A model generated the notes under the pieces. It saw only the letters and a list, made by a program, of their open reading frames with translations. It did no database searches and was not told the DNA's origin. From Mariniblastus sp. (GTDB taxonomy: Bacteria > Planctomycetota > Planctomycetia > Pirellulales > Pirellulaceae), in NCBI GenBank assembly GCA_031409295.1, contig JANNWZ010000154.1, positions 19-64,018 on the forward strand: a stretch of DNA of 64,000 nt. The letters run 5' to 3'. A program made the position numbers and the translations under genes. Positions 48,016 through 59,454 of the stretch are shown piece by piece (within the stretch, counting starts at the first letter, position 1; the number at the start of each line of letters is the position of its first letter).

Positions 48016-48597
48016 ATGGAGGCTAAAATATGATCGGTTTATTGGTCGCGCGCGGTTAACTAAATCGTTTGGTTGAATTGCAACTTGTGTAGATACAGAA
48101 CCTGCGACACTTGGACAATCTCAGTCTGAGGTTTACTTATCGGATAGGGGTGCAGGGTGCGGTTTTTAGAAAGCATGAAAAAAGAGATGCTGTGGGTGAG
48201 AAATTGGCGGAGTCTGGCTCTTGGATTGCGGAGTTTGGGCCTGCCCCTTCGACGTAGCCCAGCAATTTGCGCCCCGCGATCAAATCGTGGCCCAACCTTC
48301 CCCTCAAGATTGTGGGTCTTGTCGCTCCCAAATCGAAAATTTCCTCGCGTCGGTAAGGGCATTTTCGGGTATTTGTACTTGCGACAATTTGGTCGAAATC
48401 GCCAAACATCTTCGCGTCTTAACGGTGCTCATTATTGGTTGTTGAGTACCGCCTTCGGCAAAACCGATAGAATTCCTAAGAAAGACAAAGAAATAGTCCC
48501 GGAATATCAGTTTTTGGGGAATGATCAAGCGGAAATCACAAGGGTTGTTTAATATAACTCGATGGCTTTTTTGTACTATCTTCTTAGGGGAACTTAG

Positions 48598-49875
48598 ATG
48601 GCATTTCAGGCTGATCCTGTGATTGCAATTATTGGCTTGGGCTATGTCGGATTACCATTGGCTGTGGAGTTTGGTGGTAAGTTCCGTACGATCGGGTTCG
48701 ATATCAATTCCCGTCGAATCGAGCAACTTCAGGCGGGACACGACTCGACACTCGAGGTTAGTTCCGATGAGTTGACCGCCGCGCGACGACTTAAATTTTC
48801 CACAAAAGTGGATGACCTGATCGCGGCTGACGTCTACATCGTGACGGTGCCAACTCCGATTGACGAGCATAAACGGCCAGATCTTGGCCCGCTGATCAGC
48901 GCCAGCACCATGCTCGGGCATGTCATCAGGACTGGCAATATCGTGATTTATGAATCGACCGTTTATCCGGGTGCAACCGAGGAAGACTGTATTCCGTTGA
49001 TTGAACGAGGGTCGAAATTGAAATACAACACGGATTTTTTTGCTGGCTACAGTCCCGAACGAATCAATCCTGGGGACAAAGCCCATCGGTTGTCAACAAT
49101 CAAGAAAGTCACGTCGGGGTCTACTCCCGAGGTCGCCGAATATGTTGATCAACTTTACAGGCAAATCATCGTTGCCGGAACCCACAAAGCGCCGTCGATC
49201 CGAGTGGCGGAAGCCGCCAAAGTAATCGAAAACACGCAACGCGATTTGAATATCGCTTTGATTAATGAGTTGGCTTTAATTTTCAATCGTTTGGGAATTG
49301 ATACGGAATCGGTGCTTGAAGCAGCGGGCACGAAATGGAATTTTTTGCCGTTTCGTCCCGGTTTGGTCGGGGGACATTGCATCGGGGTGGATCCCTATTA
49401 CCTCACGCATAAAGCCCAGGAAATTGGCTACACGCCGGAAGTTATCCTCGCGGGCCGACGGATTAATGACGGCATGGGAAAATATGTTGTCTCCGAAGTA
49501 GTCAAAACGATGATTCGCAAACGAATTCATGTCCATGGTTCCAAAGTGCTAATACTCGGACTCGCTTTTAAAGAAAATTGTCCGGATCTGCGCAACACGC
49601 GAGTGACCGATATGATCACGGAGTTCCAGGATTATGGCGCAGAAGTCACAGTCCACGATCCTTGGGTCAGCAGCGCCGAGGCCCAACATGAATATGGCAT
49701 CCTGCCGATCGACGAACCGGAGCCTGCCGCCTACGATGCGATTGTCTTGGCCGTGGCACACCGCCAGTTTCGCGAAATGGGAGCTGCAGCAATTCGGGCG
49801 TTCGGCAAACCCAACAGTGTGTTATACGATATCAAATATGTTCTCAAATCCACCGAAGTGGACGGACGTCTGTGA
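48598..49875 (+). CDS. UDP-N-acetyl-hexosamine 6-dehydrogenase (WbpO/TviB family)
   Basis: [79 protein letters not shown]. Confidence 0.92.
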   Translation: MAFQADPVIAIIGLGYVGLPLAVEFGGKFRTIGFDINSRRIEQLQAGHDSTLEVSSDELTAARRLKFSTKVDDLIAADVYIVTVPTPIDEHKRPDLGPLISASTMLGHVIRTGNIVIYESTVYPGATEEDCIPLIERGSKLKYNTDFFAGYSPERINPGDKAHRLSTIKKVTSGSTPEVAEYVDQLYRQIIVAGTHKAPSIRVAEAAKVIENTQRDLNIALINELALIFNRLGIDTESVLEAAGTKWNFLPFRPGLVGGHCIGVDPYYLTHKAQEIGYTPEVILAGRRINDGMGKYVVSEVVKTMIRKRIHVHGSKVLILGLAFKENCPDLRNTRVTDMITEFQDYGAEVTVHDPWVSSAEAQHEYGILPIDEPEPAAYDAIVLAVAHRQFREMGAAAIRAFGKPNSVLYDIKYVLKSTEVDGRL

Positions 49876-50256
49876 GTACGATCGCCGCCAATACGATTTC
49901 CGATCGCCCACCGAATCCAGGCTCTGTACTGGTTCAGACGCAGGCTGTCGCGACCCGTTTGCCACATGGCAATTGGTTCCAGGTATGTGGGTATGTGGGC
50001 AAAACATTTGGTTTTGTTGAAATCCAGGGGTTCCCGTTTTGGCGTGAGTTGGCGTCAATGGGAACCGTTTTATTATTCTATTTTTCGTTCATAGATTACG
50101 GACCGTCTGGTGTGACGATGTTCATGGACGAAGGACACGCCCATTTCGCGTTGGAAGTCTCACTTTCGAACCAATCGATTTGTGTTTTTTGATAAAGTGG
50201 TTTCGCAAATGGGGGCGACACTAGTTTTCTGATTTCTTTCTTTTATTCGATCCATT

Positions 50257-51321
50257 ATGAGAATTTTAGTCACGGGCGGCGCAGGATTTATCGGTTCAGC
50301 CGTAATTCGATTGCTGATCTCAAAACAGATCGAAGTGCTCAATGTGGATGCATTGACCTATGCCGGTAATTTGGAATCGTTGTCCAGCGTCGAGAGGTCG
50401 CCTCATTATCGTTTTCTGCGGGCTAACATTTGCGATCAAACCAAACTGGCAGACGCGGTGTTTGAATTTCAGCCGGATGCGGTCATGCATTTAGCCGCTG
50501 AAAGCCATGTGGACCGATCAATTCACGGGCCGGCGCAGTTTATTCAATCGAATATCGTTGGAACCTACACACTGCTGGAGGTGATGCGGGCGTATTGGAA
50601 TCAACTGGAAACCGAAGCTAAATCCAGGTTCCGTTTTCATCATGTATCGACGGATGAAGTCTACGGCGATTTGGCGGACTCGGGAGCGTTGTTTACGGAA
50701 GAGACAGCCTACGATCCAAGTTCTCCTTATTCGGCCAGCAAAGCGGCGTCCGATCATTTGGTCCGGGCTTGGCATCGAACGTATGGTCTGCCTGTACTGA
50801 TCACGAACTGTTCCAACAATTATGGACCATTTCATTTCCCTGAAAAATTGATTCCGTTGATGATTCTCAATGCGATTGCCGGAAAAAACTTGCCAGTTTA
50901 TGGCGCAGGGAACCAGATTCGCGACTGGCTGTTTGTGGAGGACCACGCGCAAGCGCTATACGCAGTGGTTCGTCGTGGCCAGATTGGCCAAACCTACAAT
51001 ATCGGTGGCCACAACGAGATGAAGAACCTCGATGTGGTATCGGCGATTTGCGATTTACTGGAGGAGTTAAAGCCGCAAAAACCAGTCGGTATCAAACACT
51101 ACCGCGATTTGATTACCTATGTCAAGGATCGACCAGGCCATGATCTTCGCTACGCGATCGATGCACGAAAAATCAAATCTGAACTGGCCTGGGAGCCCGC
51201 CGAGACGTTCGAATCTGGCCTGCGAAAAACGGTTCAATGGTTTATCGACAATTCGGTTTGGGTACAAAACGTTACGTCAGGGGAATATCGTAAATGGGTT
51301 GATCACCATTATAAATCGTAG
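50257..51321 (+). CDS. rfbB: dTDP-glucose 4,6-dehydratase
   Basis: [68 protein letters not shown]. Confidence 0.96.
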   Translation: MRILVTGGAGFIGSAVIRLLISKQIEVLNVDALTYAGNLESLSSVERSPHYRFLRANICDQTKLADAVFEFQPDAVMHLAAESHVDRSIHGPAQFIQSNIVGTYTLLEVMRAYWNQLETEAKSRFRFHHVSTDEVYGDLADSGALFTEETAYDPSSPYSASKAASDHLVRAWHRTYGLPVLITNCSNNYGPFHFPEKLIPLMILNAIAGKNLPVYGAGNQIRDWLFVEDHAQALYAVVRRGQIGQTYNIGGHNEMKNLDVVSAICDLLEELKPQKPVGIKHYRDLITYVKDRPGHDLRYAIDARKIKSELAWEPAETFESGLRKTVQWFIDNSVWVQNVTSGEYRKWVDHHYKS

Positions 51322-51644
51322 AATTCTCTTTCTCGAAACGACTGGCCCAGCTCACCCGACTCGCGACATTGGTTGGCCGCGGCAAGAAACTTCTGTTGGA
51401 GGGCTCTCATAAAACGAACACGGGTGGTTTCCTACAAAACTCCAGCAGATTATTTCTCAGACACTTTTTCAGCTCCTGAAATCAAAATTCTCGAGGCGTT
51501 CAAAACTAAACAAGAACTCCAGCGTTGTTCGACGCATAACGGAACAGAGGGGATCGCTCCCTTAATTGTTGGAGAGTTGCCGGTATGATGAGTTCCGGAC
51601 CAGGCTTTGAATTATCCGGTGATGGAGGGAGAAACAGCGGCCCC

Positions 51645-54600
51645 CTACTCTCTTTCAAAACCCAAACCCGGAGCCGAAATCGGATTTCGCTGGGGATCTC
51701 CAGTCCGGTACGGTCGTTGCCGAAAATAAAGTTCACGCCGTGCAACCAAGGCGTCTTTTTGCGCACTCGAATAGGGCTCTTGGAACTTTCCTTCTTCTAA
51801 TAACGCCAGCGATTTTTTTTGAATGTCAAGTGCTTCATTGAATTTTCCGCTCTCCGCCAATCCCGCTGCGTAAATTTCCAGAATTGCCGGCGAGGAGTCA
51901 CCATACAATTCAACCAGCGGAAGAATCGTGTGGAGCGATTGCTCACTCGAGCGAACGCTTTCGATTGGACAGGTTGCCAAAATCCAAGCCAAAATCAATT
52001 TTGAGCGTTGTCGGTTTGGCTCCGCCTCGATTACCTTCTGCAGCAACTGCACGCACTCTGAATAATTACCGGTCAGAAACTCCGCTTCCGACAAAAATCG
52101 GGTCATATTTTCGTCGCTCGGTTGAAGCCGATGCGCGAGCAACAGGAATTTCCTGGCATTTTTGTAGTCGCCACCATTGAGGTACAACAGCCCCAAATCG
52201 CCGGCGACGAACGGCAGCGACGGACGATTGTCAAAGGCGGTCACCAAATACTCGGCAGATTTAACATAGTCTTTCAAGTGGAAATACAATCGGCCGATCA
52301 CCGCGTGAACTTCATACCGCGTAGGATCGATTTGAATGTATGACATCAACTGCTGCAGGGCTACCTCGAATTGTTGCTGTTCGATTGCAATCTCTGCGAG
52401 GCCGAGAACGGCTTCACTATTGTAGGGATCAATCCGCAAAGCCCGCTCATAGTCCGCCAAGGCTTGCTGCTGCATGAAACGCATTTTTTCTGGATTGCTG
52501 GCCATCTCTTGCAGGGCCATTTTGCGTTGAACATGGCCAAGTTGGACGAGCGCCGGCACACAAAACGGATTATTGGCGATAGCAGTTTCAAACATCGACT
52601 TGGCGGTCGCGGTCTGACTAATCGCATCTTTTTCAATCCCTCGGTGGCAAAGCAAATAGGCTTGAAAGGGAATCTCACTGGCCATCATTTCATCGGCATC
52701 ATCCGGGTAGCCGAGTTCCGCCAAGCGAGTGCCTAATCGGGAAAGCTCAGGGTAGCGATACCGCGCCATCCAACGTCCGCCGAGTGGAGACGCGGCGGAG
52801 GAATAATTTCTCTCGTCGGCGGTCAACAAAGGCAGATCATTGATAACGCTTTTTAAGGTAAACACGGAACCGGGATAATATCCGACGACGCGCCCTGTTG
52901 AACCCAACAACAAACCAAACGGAAGTTGTGGAAGCTGTTGATCGCTAAACCAATCACCGGCACAATACTTCAATTTTTCGATCGAAGCCGGCGTCAACAA
53001 GCCCCATCGAAATGGAAGTTTCAGGTCTGGTACAATGGACTCAGCCCGATTCCAGCTCGCCTTCGCCGCTTCTCCAGCCGTCGTAACGGCGGGGTCGCAC
53101 ATGATACCAACGCAATCCAAGCCGGCGTCGTTGATACGATCGACCGACTTTCCCAACTGGCGGACGGTGTACAAGGAGCTTTCATCGGTTCCAAAAAACA
53201 TGACCAGTAGCGGTTGTTCCGCTGCGGATCGGAGTGGAAAAAACTTGTCAATCGCGCCTTGAAACATCAGTTTCGGCAGGGCTGGCGCCGGATAGAAAAT
53301 TGAACGTTGAGGAGTCGGTTGAGTTGAAGCCAGCGGCTTTGTCGTTGTATTGATCGACAAATTGAATCGGTCATTATTTCTTTCGACTAATTCTCTCGCC
53401 CCCTCCACCACCAGATACCTGTTGTTGATCTTCAGTTTCTCGAAAGTCTGTTGCAAACCATTGGGCCACGTGAAAACCGCCCGGTCAACGAGCTTGGATT
53501 CTCCCAATCCACAAGTCAATCGTTTCGAAGACTGACTCAAAAATCCCGAACCAGCCTGCAACAACTTCACCAACGGAACCTTGCTGCCATCGCAATACAA
53601 CTCGATTCTCGTTCCGATCGCATCACGGTTCGATGTTGTTCCCATCAATTCAAAACTAACAAAACTGTTTTCCGTTCCCGATTGGTTGCAGAGAATTCGC
53701 AACTGGGGCGAGTTCCGACACGTCATGACAACATCGACATCGCCGTCGTGATCCCAATCGGAAGTGGCGAGCGCACGGCCATCATCCAAAAAATCCAATC
53801 CGGAGACACCCGAAAAATTCGCAAATCCCGTTGCACCCAGGCCCAGAAAACAACGATTGCGCTGGTGGCCGTTAAAAGAAAATCCGGCTCGACTCAAATC
53901 CAAAACAGCATGCAAAGCTTGCGTGACTTTGGTTTGGCGACCCGCGGCTGGAGCGGCGTCTTGCTCATCGAATGCCCCATTGAACAACAATTCGCCGACA
54001 TCTTCGGTCGAACTGCGGCTCAGGAAACCGTTCGACACGATCAAATCATCCATCCCGTCGTTATTCAAATCAATAGCGCACGATCCGTTAGCAGATCCGC
54101 AATCGAAAATCGGGGCCCGCAGCAAAAAAGGTCGATAGCACGCCGTCAAATTTTCTGGACCCGGTGCCGGTTCCTTCAGGGGCGGTTGGTTATCGGTTTG
54201 TGAAAACCAGACTCGACTCTCGCGCGAAAATATCTGTTGGATGGCGGCCGGCAGCCCCGGTGGAATCTTGGTTTTGTCCGGGGACTTCTCATCCGGATCG
54301 ATAGCGGACTTGGCAACCAGCGCAGCGACCGAATCCGGAACGCTTAGCGTCGCATCGGTCCCGACAAAGAAATCCAGTTTGCCATCCTGATTGAATTCGC
54401 CAACGGAGACAGTCCGGTGACGAGCTTTCAAACTCAATTTCGACGACGCCGTGGCATCAGAAAACCAGCCGCGGTCGTTTCGTAGCAAGCGGTCGCTGGA
54501 AAATTCATTGGTCAAGTACAGATCCTGATCTCCGTCGAGATCGTAATCCAACCACACGGCACACCGAGAAAACTCTTGATTGTTCGTGGTGATGCCGGCT

Positions 54601-55940
54601 TGTTCCGTGACGTCCTCAAACCGCCAGGCTTCTTCGTTTCGCAGCAACACGTTTCTGCCGCCATCGCTGATTGCATCGAATTTCGACGGCCAGTTTACCA
54701 AATCATCGATACACTCGGTCGCGAAGGTTTTGCACAAAAACAAATCGAGATCACCATCTTGATCGTAATCTGCGGCCGAGATACTTTCGGCCCTTCGACC
54801 AATCGGCAGGGACTTCTCCAGTTGAAAATAACCGAAACTATTATTGGCCAGCAGCAATAACGCCTCGTCGGTTGATACGACAAGGTCTTGATCACCATCA
54901 TTGTCCAGATCGATCATTAATGCACCGAACGACTGATCGAGAATATCCACTCCAGAATCATGACTGACGTCCCGAACCGTCCCGTTGGGATCTTGGACCA
55001 AAAGCAAATTCGGCAAACCGTGACCTTGACAGACATACAGATCGTCCAAACCATCCTGGTTGACATCGCCAATCGAAAGACCTTGGTTGCCGACAATATC
55101 GAGGTGAGGAATTCGTTTCGCCCAGTGATCGAGTCCGTATGCCAATTGTCCGTGCAGCGAATCGCAATTGGCGAGAATTGATGACGTGCAGTCTTGGAAA
55201 AGTTTGCCGCCCGTAACGGCGATCTCAACTTCTTCCTGTGCCACGGCCGAAATAGAAACAAGTTGCAGGGTGGAATCTGGCTTGAGGATCCAACTGGTCT
55301 GCCAAATTCCCGATCCTTGCCCGCACTTGTGGGGGGAAATTTGAGCGACGCATTCAAACGACAGGCTGATGCGCACCTGTGATTGTTCGATCTGGACTTC
55401 AAACGGGCTGAATTCAATCCGAAAATCACTGGCCGCTTGCCAAGCCATAAAGCAGGATTTCGTCAGTTCCTCAAACGCCCGACTGCCGCTAAACTGGGGA
55501 GCGGATTCGGAAGTCTGCCAGCGCTGCACCGAAATCGGGATCTTGGAATAGCGAGTTTTGAACTTGATCCGATCGACGCCCGAGCCCGAAAATTCCTGGC
55601 TGATCCAATCAGGTAAGCTGAATAGCTCGCCCGTGTTGCGTCGCGAAAAAAAGTTCGCCAACTGTCGCAACTTGAAATCAATTTCCCCTCGGAGTTTAGT
55701 TTCTGGAGCGGCACGACCCAAAATTTGTTCGAACGCGATTGCCGTTTTGGCCAACGTATCGGGTACGGCCTGAGAACTCAATTGAGAATTGGTCGTTCCA
55801 ATCAAAACCGGTGACGGCTCAAGATGGCTACGATACAGCAGTAATAGAATCAACAAAAATCCGGCAGCCCAGCCAACGTAGAAATAGAGTGGCGGCAGCA
55901 ACAGGATCCTGTCGACTAGGCGGATGAAAAAAAACTTCAT
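51645..55940 (-). CDS. Large FG-GAP/CRTAC1 (ASPIC/UnbV) protein with thioredoxin-like and TPR domains
   Basis: N-terminal TM, multiple D-x-N/D-x-D-G-x-x-D blades, GHQRNRCF, DDGRALATSDWDHDG, NRDAIGTRI, GSGFLSQSS (UnbV_ASPIC) and a C-terminal TPR array. Confidence 0.88.
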   Translation of the reverse strand: MKFFFIRLVDRILLLPPLYFYVGWAAGFLLILLLLYRSHLEPSPVLIGTTNSQLSSQAVPDTLAKTAIAFEQILGRAAPETKLRGEIDFKLRQLANFFSRRNTGELFSLPDWISQEFSGSGVDRIKFKTRYSKIPISVQRWQTSESAPQFSGSRAFEELTKSCFMAWQAASDFRIEFSPFEVQIEQSQVRISLSFECVAQISPHKCGQGSGIWQTSWILKPDSTLQLVSISAVAQEEVEIAVTGGKLFQDCTSSILANCDSLHGQLAYGLDHWAKRIPHLDIVGNQGLSIGDVNQDGLDDLYVCQGHGLPNLLLVQDPNGTVRDVSHDSGVDILDQSFGALMIDLDNDGDQDLVVSTDEALLLLANNSFGYFQLEKSLPIGRRAESISAADYDQDGDLDLFLCKTFATECIDDLVNWPSKFDAISDGGRNVLLRNEEAWRFEDVTEQAGITTNNQEFSRCAVWLDYDLDGDQDLYLTNEFSSDRLLRNDRGWFSDATASSKLSLKARHRTVSVGEFNQDGKLDFFVGTDATLSVPDSVAALVAKSAIDPDEKSPDKTKIPPGLPAAIQQIFSRESRVWFSQTDNQPPLKEPAPGPENLTACYRPFLLRAPIFDCGSANGSCAIDLNNDGMDDLIVSNGFLSRSSTEDVGELLFNGAFDEQDAAPAAGRQTKVTQALHAVLDLSRAGFSFNGHQRNRCFLGLGATGFANFSGVSGLDFLDDGRALATSDWDHDGDVDVVMTCRNSPQLRILCNQSGTENSFVSFELMGTTSNRDAIGTRIELYCDGSKVPLVKLLQAGSGFLSQSSKRLTCGLGESKLVDRAVFTWPNGLQQTFEKLKINNRYLVVEGARELVERNNDRFNLSINTTTKPLASTQPTPQRSIFYPAPALPKLMFQGAIDKFFPLRSAAEQPLLVMFFGTDESSLYTVRQLGKSVDRINDAGLDCVGIMCDPAVTTAGEAAKASWNRAESIVPDLKLPFRWGLLTPASIEKLKYCAGDWFSDQQLPQLPFGLLLGSTGRVVGYYPGSVFTLKSVINDLPLLTADERNYSSAASPLGGRWMARYRYPELSRLGTRLAELGYPDDADEMMASEIPFQAYLLCHRGIEKDAISQTATAKSMFETAIANNPFCVPALVQLGHVQRKMALQEMASNPEKMRFMQQQALADYERALRIDPYNSEAVLGLAEIAIEQQQFEVALQQLMSYIQIDPTRYEVHAVIGRLYFHLKDYVKSAEYLVTAFDNRPSLPFVAGDLGLLYLNGGDYKNARKFLLLAHRLQPSDENMTRFLSEAEFLTGNYSECVQLLQKVIEAEPNRQRSKLILAWILATCPIESVRSSEQSLHTILPLVELYGDSSPAILEIYAAGLAESGKFNEALDIQKKSLALLEEGKFQEPYSSAQKDALVARRELYFRQRPYRTGDPQRNPISAPGLGFERE

Positions 55941-55949
55941 GATCGGTTG

Positions 55950-57188
55950 CTAGTGTTGGTCACATGTCACAATTCGCGGGGACCTCGCAATTGATTGCGT
56001 TGGTGCACCCAAATTGCTTTCGATCAACTCACGAAAACGGCGGAACAAATATTGGCTGTCGTGCGGACCAGCCGAGGCTTCAGGATGATACTGCACGCTA
56101 AACGCCGCCGCATCGCGATGCCTCAACCCCGCAATGGTATCGTCATTCAAATTGCGATGCGTGACTTCCAGGCAATCCGGTAATCCTTCATTCGCGACCG
56201 CGAAGCCATGATTTTGCGTGGTGATCTCGATCTTACCCGTTTCCAGATCCAATACAGGTTGATTAGCGCCACGATGACCAAACTTCAACTTATAGGTCGT
56301 TGCGCCACAGGCTAAAGCAAACAACTGATGGCCTAGACAGATCCCAAATACGGGGACTTCATTAATCAAATTGGCAACCGTTGCAATCGCGAACCGCAGT
56401 GGTTCCGGATCCCCCGGGCCGTTGCTCAGGAAAACTCCATCCGGCGCCAACGCCATCACTTCGGCTGCAGTCGCGGTACCTGGTAGCACTGTCACGCGGC
56501 ACCGCTGATTCAACAAATGTCGCCCAATATTCCATTTCATTCCAAAATCGAGTGCCACCACATGGGGCGACGAAGCATTTGGCAGATCGGGGACAACAGC
56601 AGTGGTTCGGACATCCCACCATCGACTGAGTTGCTCGTTCCAATTGACGGGTTGAGTTGGCAAGACCTCGCTCACGAGATCACGTCCGACCAGACCCGCA
56701 CTGTTCTTCGCTCGTTCAATCAACACCGAATCAACCAAAATTTCAGTTGAAATTACCCCTTTGAGTGCGCCAACGCTGCGAATTCGTCGAACCAACGCGC
56801 GGGTGTCGATTCCCGCGATTCCAATGATGTTGTTTCGTTCGAGATAGCTGGACAACGTTTCCGACGAGCGAAAATTACTTGCTAAACGGCTGAGATTTCG
56901 AATGATGAAGCCGGCCAAGTGGGGACGGCCGCTCTCGGTATCTTCTTCATTAACCCCGTAATTGCCAATTTCTGGGTACGTCATTACGACCATCTGACCG
57001 CGATAGCTCGGATCGGTCAGGATTTCCTGATATCCCGTCATCGATGTGTTGAAAACGACTTCGCCATCGCTAGTGCCGGTCGCGCCGAACGAAACCCCGG
57101 TGAAAACAGTCCCATCCTCGAGGGCGAGTTTGGCCACGCGAGCGGTTTGGGGTGGATTGGGTTGAGGGACCAAGCTTGACGAACTCAT
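55950..57188 (-). CDS. carA: Carbamoyl-phosphate synthase small subunit
   Basis: LALEDGTVF, GEVVFNTSMTGYQEILTDPSY, LSNGPGDP, FGICLGHQ (catalytic Cys), SVQYHPEAS. Start placed at ATG 57188, not at the ORF-track start 57533. Confidence 0.95.
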   Translation of the reverse strand: MSSSSLVPQPNPPQTARVAKLALEDGTVFTGVSFGATGTSDGEVVFNTSMTGYQEILTDPSYRGQMVVMTYPEIGNYGVNEEDTESGRPHLAGFIIRNLSRLASNFRSSETLSSYLERNNIIGIAGIDTRALVRRIRSVGALKGVISTEILVDSVLIERAKNSAGLVGRDLVSEVLPTQPVNWNEQLSRWWDVRTTAVVPDLPNASSPHVVALDFGMKWNIGRHLLNQRCRVTVLPGTATAAEVMALAPDGVFLSNGPGDPEPLRFAIATVANLINEVPVFGICLGHQLFALACGATTYKLKFGHRGANQPVLDLETGKIEITTQNHGFAVANEGLPDCLEVTHRNLNDDTIAGLRHRDAAAFSVQYHPEASAGPHDSQYLFRRFRELIESNLGAPTQSIARSPRIVTCDQH

Positions 57189-57567
57189 TTTTTCGGAACT
57201 TTGCAAATAATTTTGAGAAAACCGGATTTTTCTTCCGCCCACATAATTTACCAAACGAGTTTGACTGTTGCAGCGGATTAGCGAATGTTTTTTCTTTTTT
57301 GTGGATTCTGTAGCGAACGGACCGATAACAGTAGTGGCTGTGGGTCTCCGAAAAGGACTTGTTCCGTAATCGGACAGCCAAATTGAGAAGGGTTTCAGTA
57401 GCGGCGAGCTGAAACCCTTCGTTTTTGCCTGCGCTGAACCTGACAAATCAGCCTCTAATTGTGACAAGATTCGTTCCACACGAACGAACAATCGCACATG
57501 TCCGTCACCCGAGATAGCCTGAAACTCGGCCACAAATCTCGGTTTTTTTGATTACGTTTCCGGTGAT

Positions 57568-57597
57568 CACCGTGTTAGGATCCACCGTGTTAGAATC
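57568..57597. repeat. 15-bp direct repeat CACCGTGTTAG(G/A)ATC x2 in the carA/SPFH divergent intergenic region
   Basis: caccgtgttaggatc caccgtgttagaatc, one mismatch. Confidence 0.7.
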
Positions 57598-57766
57598 AGG
57601 GCGAAAGGCATTTTGAACCGGCCCAGCTGATTATGCTGCTTGTACCAGCGGCAACACAGGTTTCCCAAAAGTCCGACTCCAGCTAACCGAATTCTCTTAC
57701 CACACAATCAAGCCACGCCGATAACGCTGAAACCTAGACATTATTTTCTTCCGGGAGATCCAACGG

Positions 57767-59446
57767 ATGCATAAGCATCGAAACGATTCGTCGCTGGTTC
57801 GACAAAACACGACGCACCGACAAGCTGAACGTGCTGGCCGAATTAACCTGGCTGCACTGTCGCTGACGGGAATGGCGATTCTCGTATTCGCAATCCTGAT
57901 CGTTGGCTACAGCATTTACAATTTTTGCCGGATTGATGTTCCGGCAAAACATATTGCCGTAATCACGACGAAGACCGGCATCGATCTGGAAAACCAGCAA
58001 GAAATTGCTCCTTCGGAAAAACACAAAGGCTTGCAACTCAACGTGCTCGGCGAAGGACGCTACTTTCGCAATCCGTTTTTCTACAAGTGGTCGGTCTATC
58101 CCATGATCGAAATTCCGGAAAACAAAATCGGCGTCCGCGTTCGACTATATGGGCAGGATCTGCCCTACGGACACTTCGTGGCTCCGACGATGACGGCTGG
58201 GACATCCGGAACAAGTCTCGACCCCGAAACACAATTTAAGGGAATTGTACCCGAAGAGCTGCGCGCCGGTCGCTATGATTTCAATGCGATCCTGAAAGAC
58301 GAAACGGGAAGAATCGTCAGCCCGCGCCCCCGCAATGACTACATCGAAATCATTGAGCTGTGCGATCCCGTGACGATCCCGGCCGGCCACAAAGGAATCG
58401 TCACCAATTTGTCCGGCCCGATTCCGGAGAATCCCAATAAGTTCCTGGTTGAATCCGGTTGTCGTGGTGTACAACAGGAAACACTGGATGAAGGCACGTA
58501 TTATCTCAATCCCTACGTGCAACGTGTTCAACCGATCGATTGCCGTTCTCAGCGATTTAATCTGGCCGATGGCGACGATATGGGGTTTCCCAGCAAAGAC
58601 GGCTTTTGGGTTTCGTTGGAAGGAATTGTCGAGTTTCGTGTGAAGCCCGAAGAAGCGGCGCTGGTGTACGTTTTGTACGACGAATCGAAATCCAAGGACG
58701 ACCTCCCGACGTCGATTGAGGAACAAATCATCACCAAAGTGATTACGCCCAACGCGCGTTCGATTTGTCGTCTGAGAGGCTCCAATTCGCTCGGTCGCGA
58801 GTTCATCGGTGGCGACACCCGGTCAAGTTTCCAAGCGGAATTCCAAAAACAGCTTCGCGAAACTTGTGACGCGCAGGGAATCGAAATCGTGCAGGCCTTG
58901 ATTACCAAAATTCATCCACCTCAAGCCATCGCGGCGCCCGTTCGTGATCGCGAAGTTGCCAATCAAAAACTGAAACAATATCAACAACAGAAATTGCAAC
59001 AGTTGGAAGAAGCCAACCTCGCCCGCGAGGTGGCCTTGGTTCAACAAATTCAAACGTTAGTGGAAGCCGACCGGGAAGTAATTAAATTGGTCACCGAAGC
59101 GAAGAAACGCCAAGAGGTTTCCATCGCCGGCGCTAATCGCGACAAAGATATTGCCACCGAAGAATTAGCCGCTGCCCGGGACAAAGCCGCGGCGACGATG
59201 GCTGAGAAAACGGCCGAAGCTTCCATCATCAAATTCGCCAATGATGCAAATGCGGCGGGTTGGAAAGCCTCTGTGGCTGCGTTCAAGGGAGACGGAGCGG
59301 CCTATGCTCGCTATGTCATGTATCAGAAATTGGCTCCCGGTTTCAAATCGATCATGACCAACACAAATGACTCACCACTTATGGAAGTGTTCAGAAATTT
59401 CTCTGCGACAGATAATCAGCAACCCACTCCATCACCGACGAAATAA
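57767..59446 (+). CDS. SPFH/Band 7 domain protein (large, one TM, repeated N-terminal modules)
   Basis: TM, FPSKDGFWVSLEGIVEFRV, KVITPNARSICR, GIEIVQALITKI and a long C-terminal coiled coil. Confidence 0.85.
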   Translation: MHKHRNDSSLVRQNTTHRQAERAGRINLAALSLTGMAILVFAILIVGYSIYNFCRIDVPAKHIAVITTKTGIDLENQQEIAPSEKHKGLQLNVLGEGRYFRNPFFYKWSVYPMIEIPENKIGVRVRLYGQDLPYGHFVAPTMTAGTSGTSLDPETQFKGIVPEELRAGRYDFNAILKDETGRIVSPRPRNDYIEIIELCDPVTIPAGHKGIVTNLSGPIPENPNKFLVESGCRGVQQETLDEGTYYLNPYVQRVQPIDCRSQRFNLADGDDMGFPSKDGFWVSLEGIVEFRVKPEEAALVYVLYDESKSKDDLPTSIEEQIITKVITPNARSICRLRGSNSLGREFIGGDTRSSFQAEFQKQLRETCDAQGIEIVQALITKIHPPQAIAAPVRDREVANQKLKQYQQQKLQQLEEANLAREVALVQQIQTLVEADREVIKLVTEAKKRQEVSIAGANRDKDIATEELAAARDKAAATMAEKTAEASIIKFANDANAAGWKASVAAFKGDGAAYARYVMYQKLAPGFKSIMTNTNDSPLMEVFRNFSATDNQQPTPSPTK

Positions 59447-59454
59447 GTGAAGAC

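Noticed and set aside
48440-48460. GGCGGTA ops/JUMPstart-like sequence upstream of the dehydrogenase
   Set aside because: It is on the opposite strand to the sugar genes and is only a partial match.
49872-50192. 106-aa ORF overlapping the dehydrogenase stop
   Set aside because: No recognisable domain and atypical composition. It cannot be supported, though the ATGA-like GTGA overlap means it is not excluded.
57189-57533. 115-aa N-terminal extension of CarA in the ORF track
   Set aside because: No similarity to CarA and it spans probable promoter DNA; conserved sequence starts just after ATG 57188.
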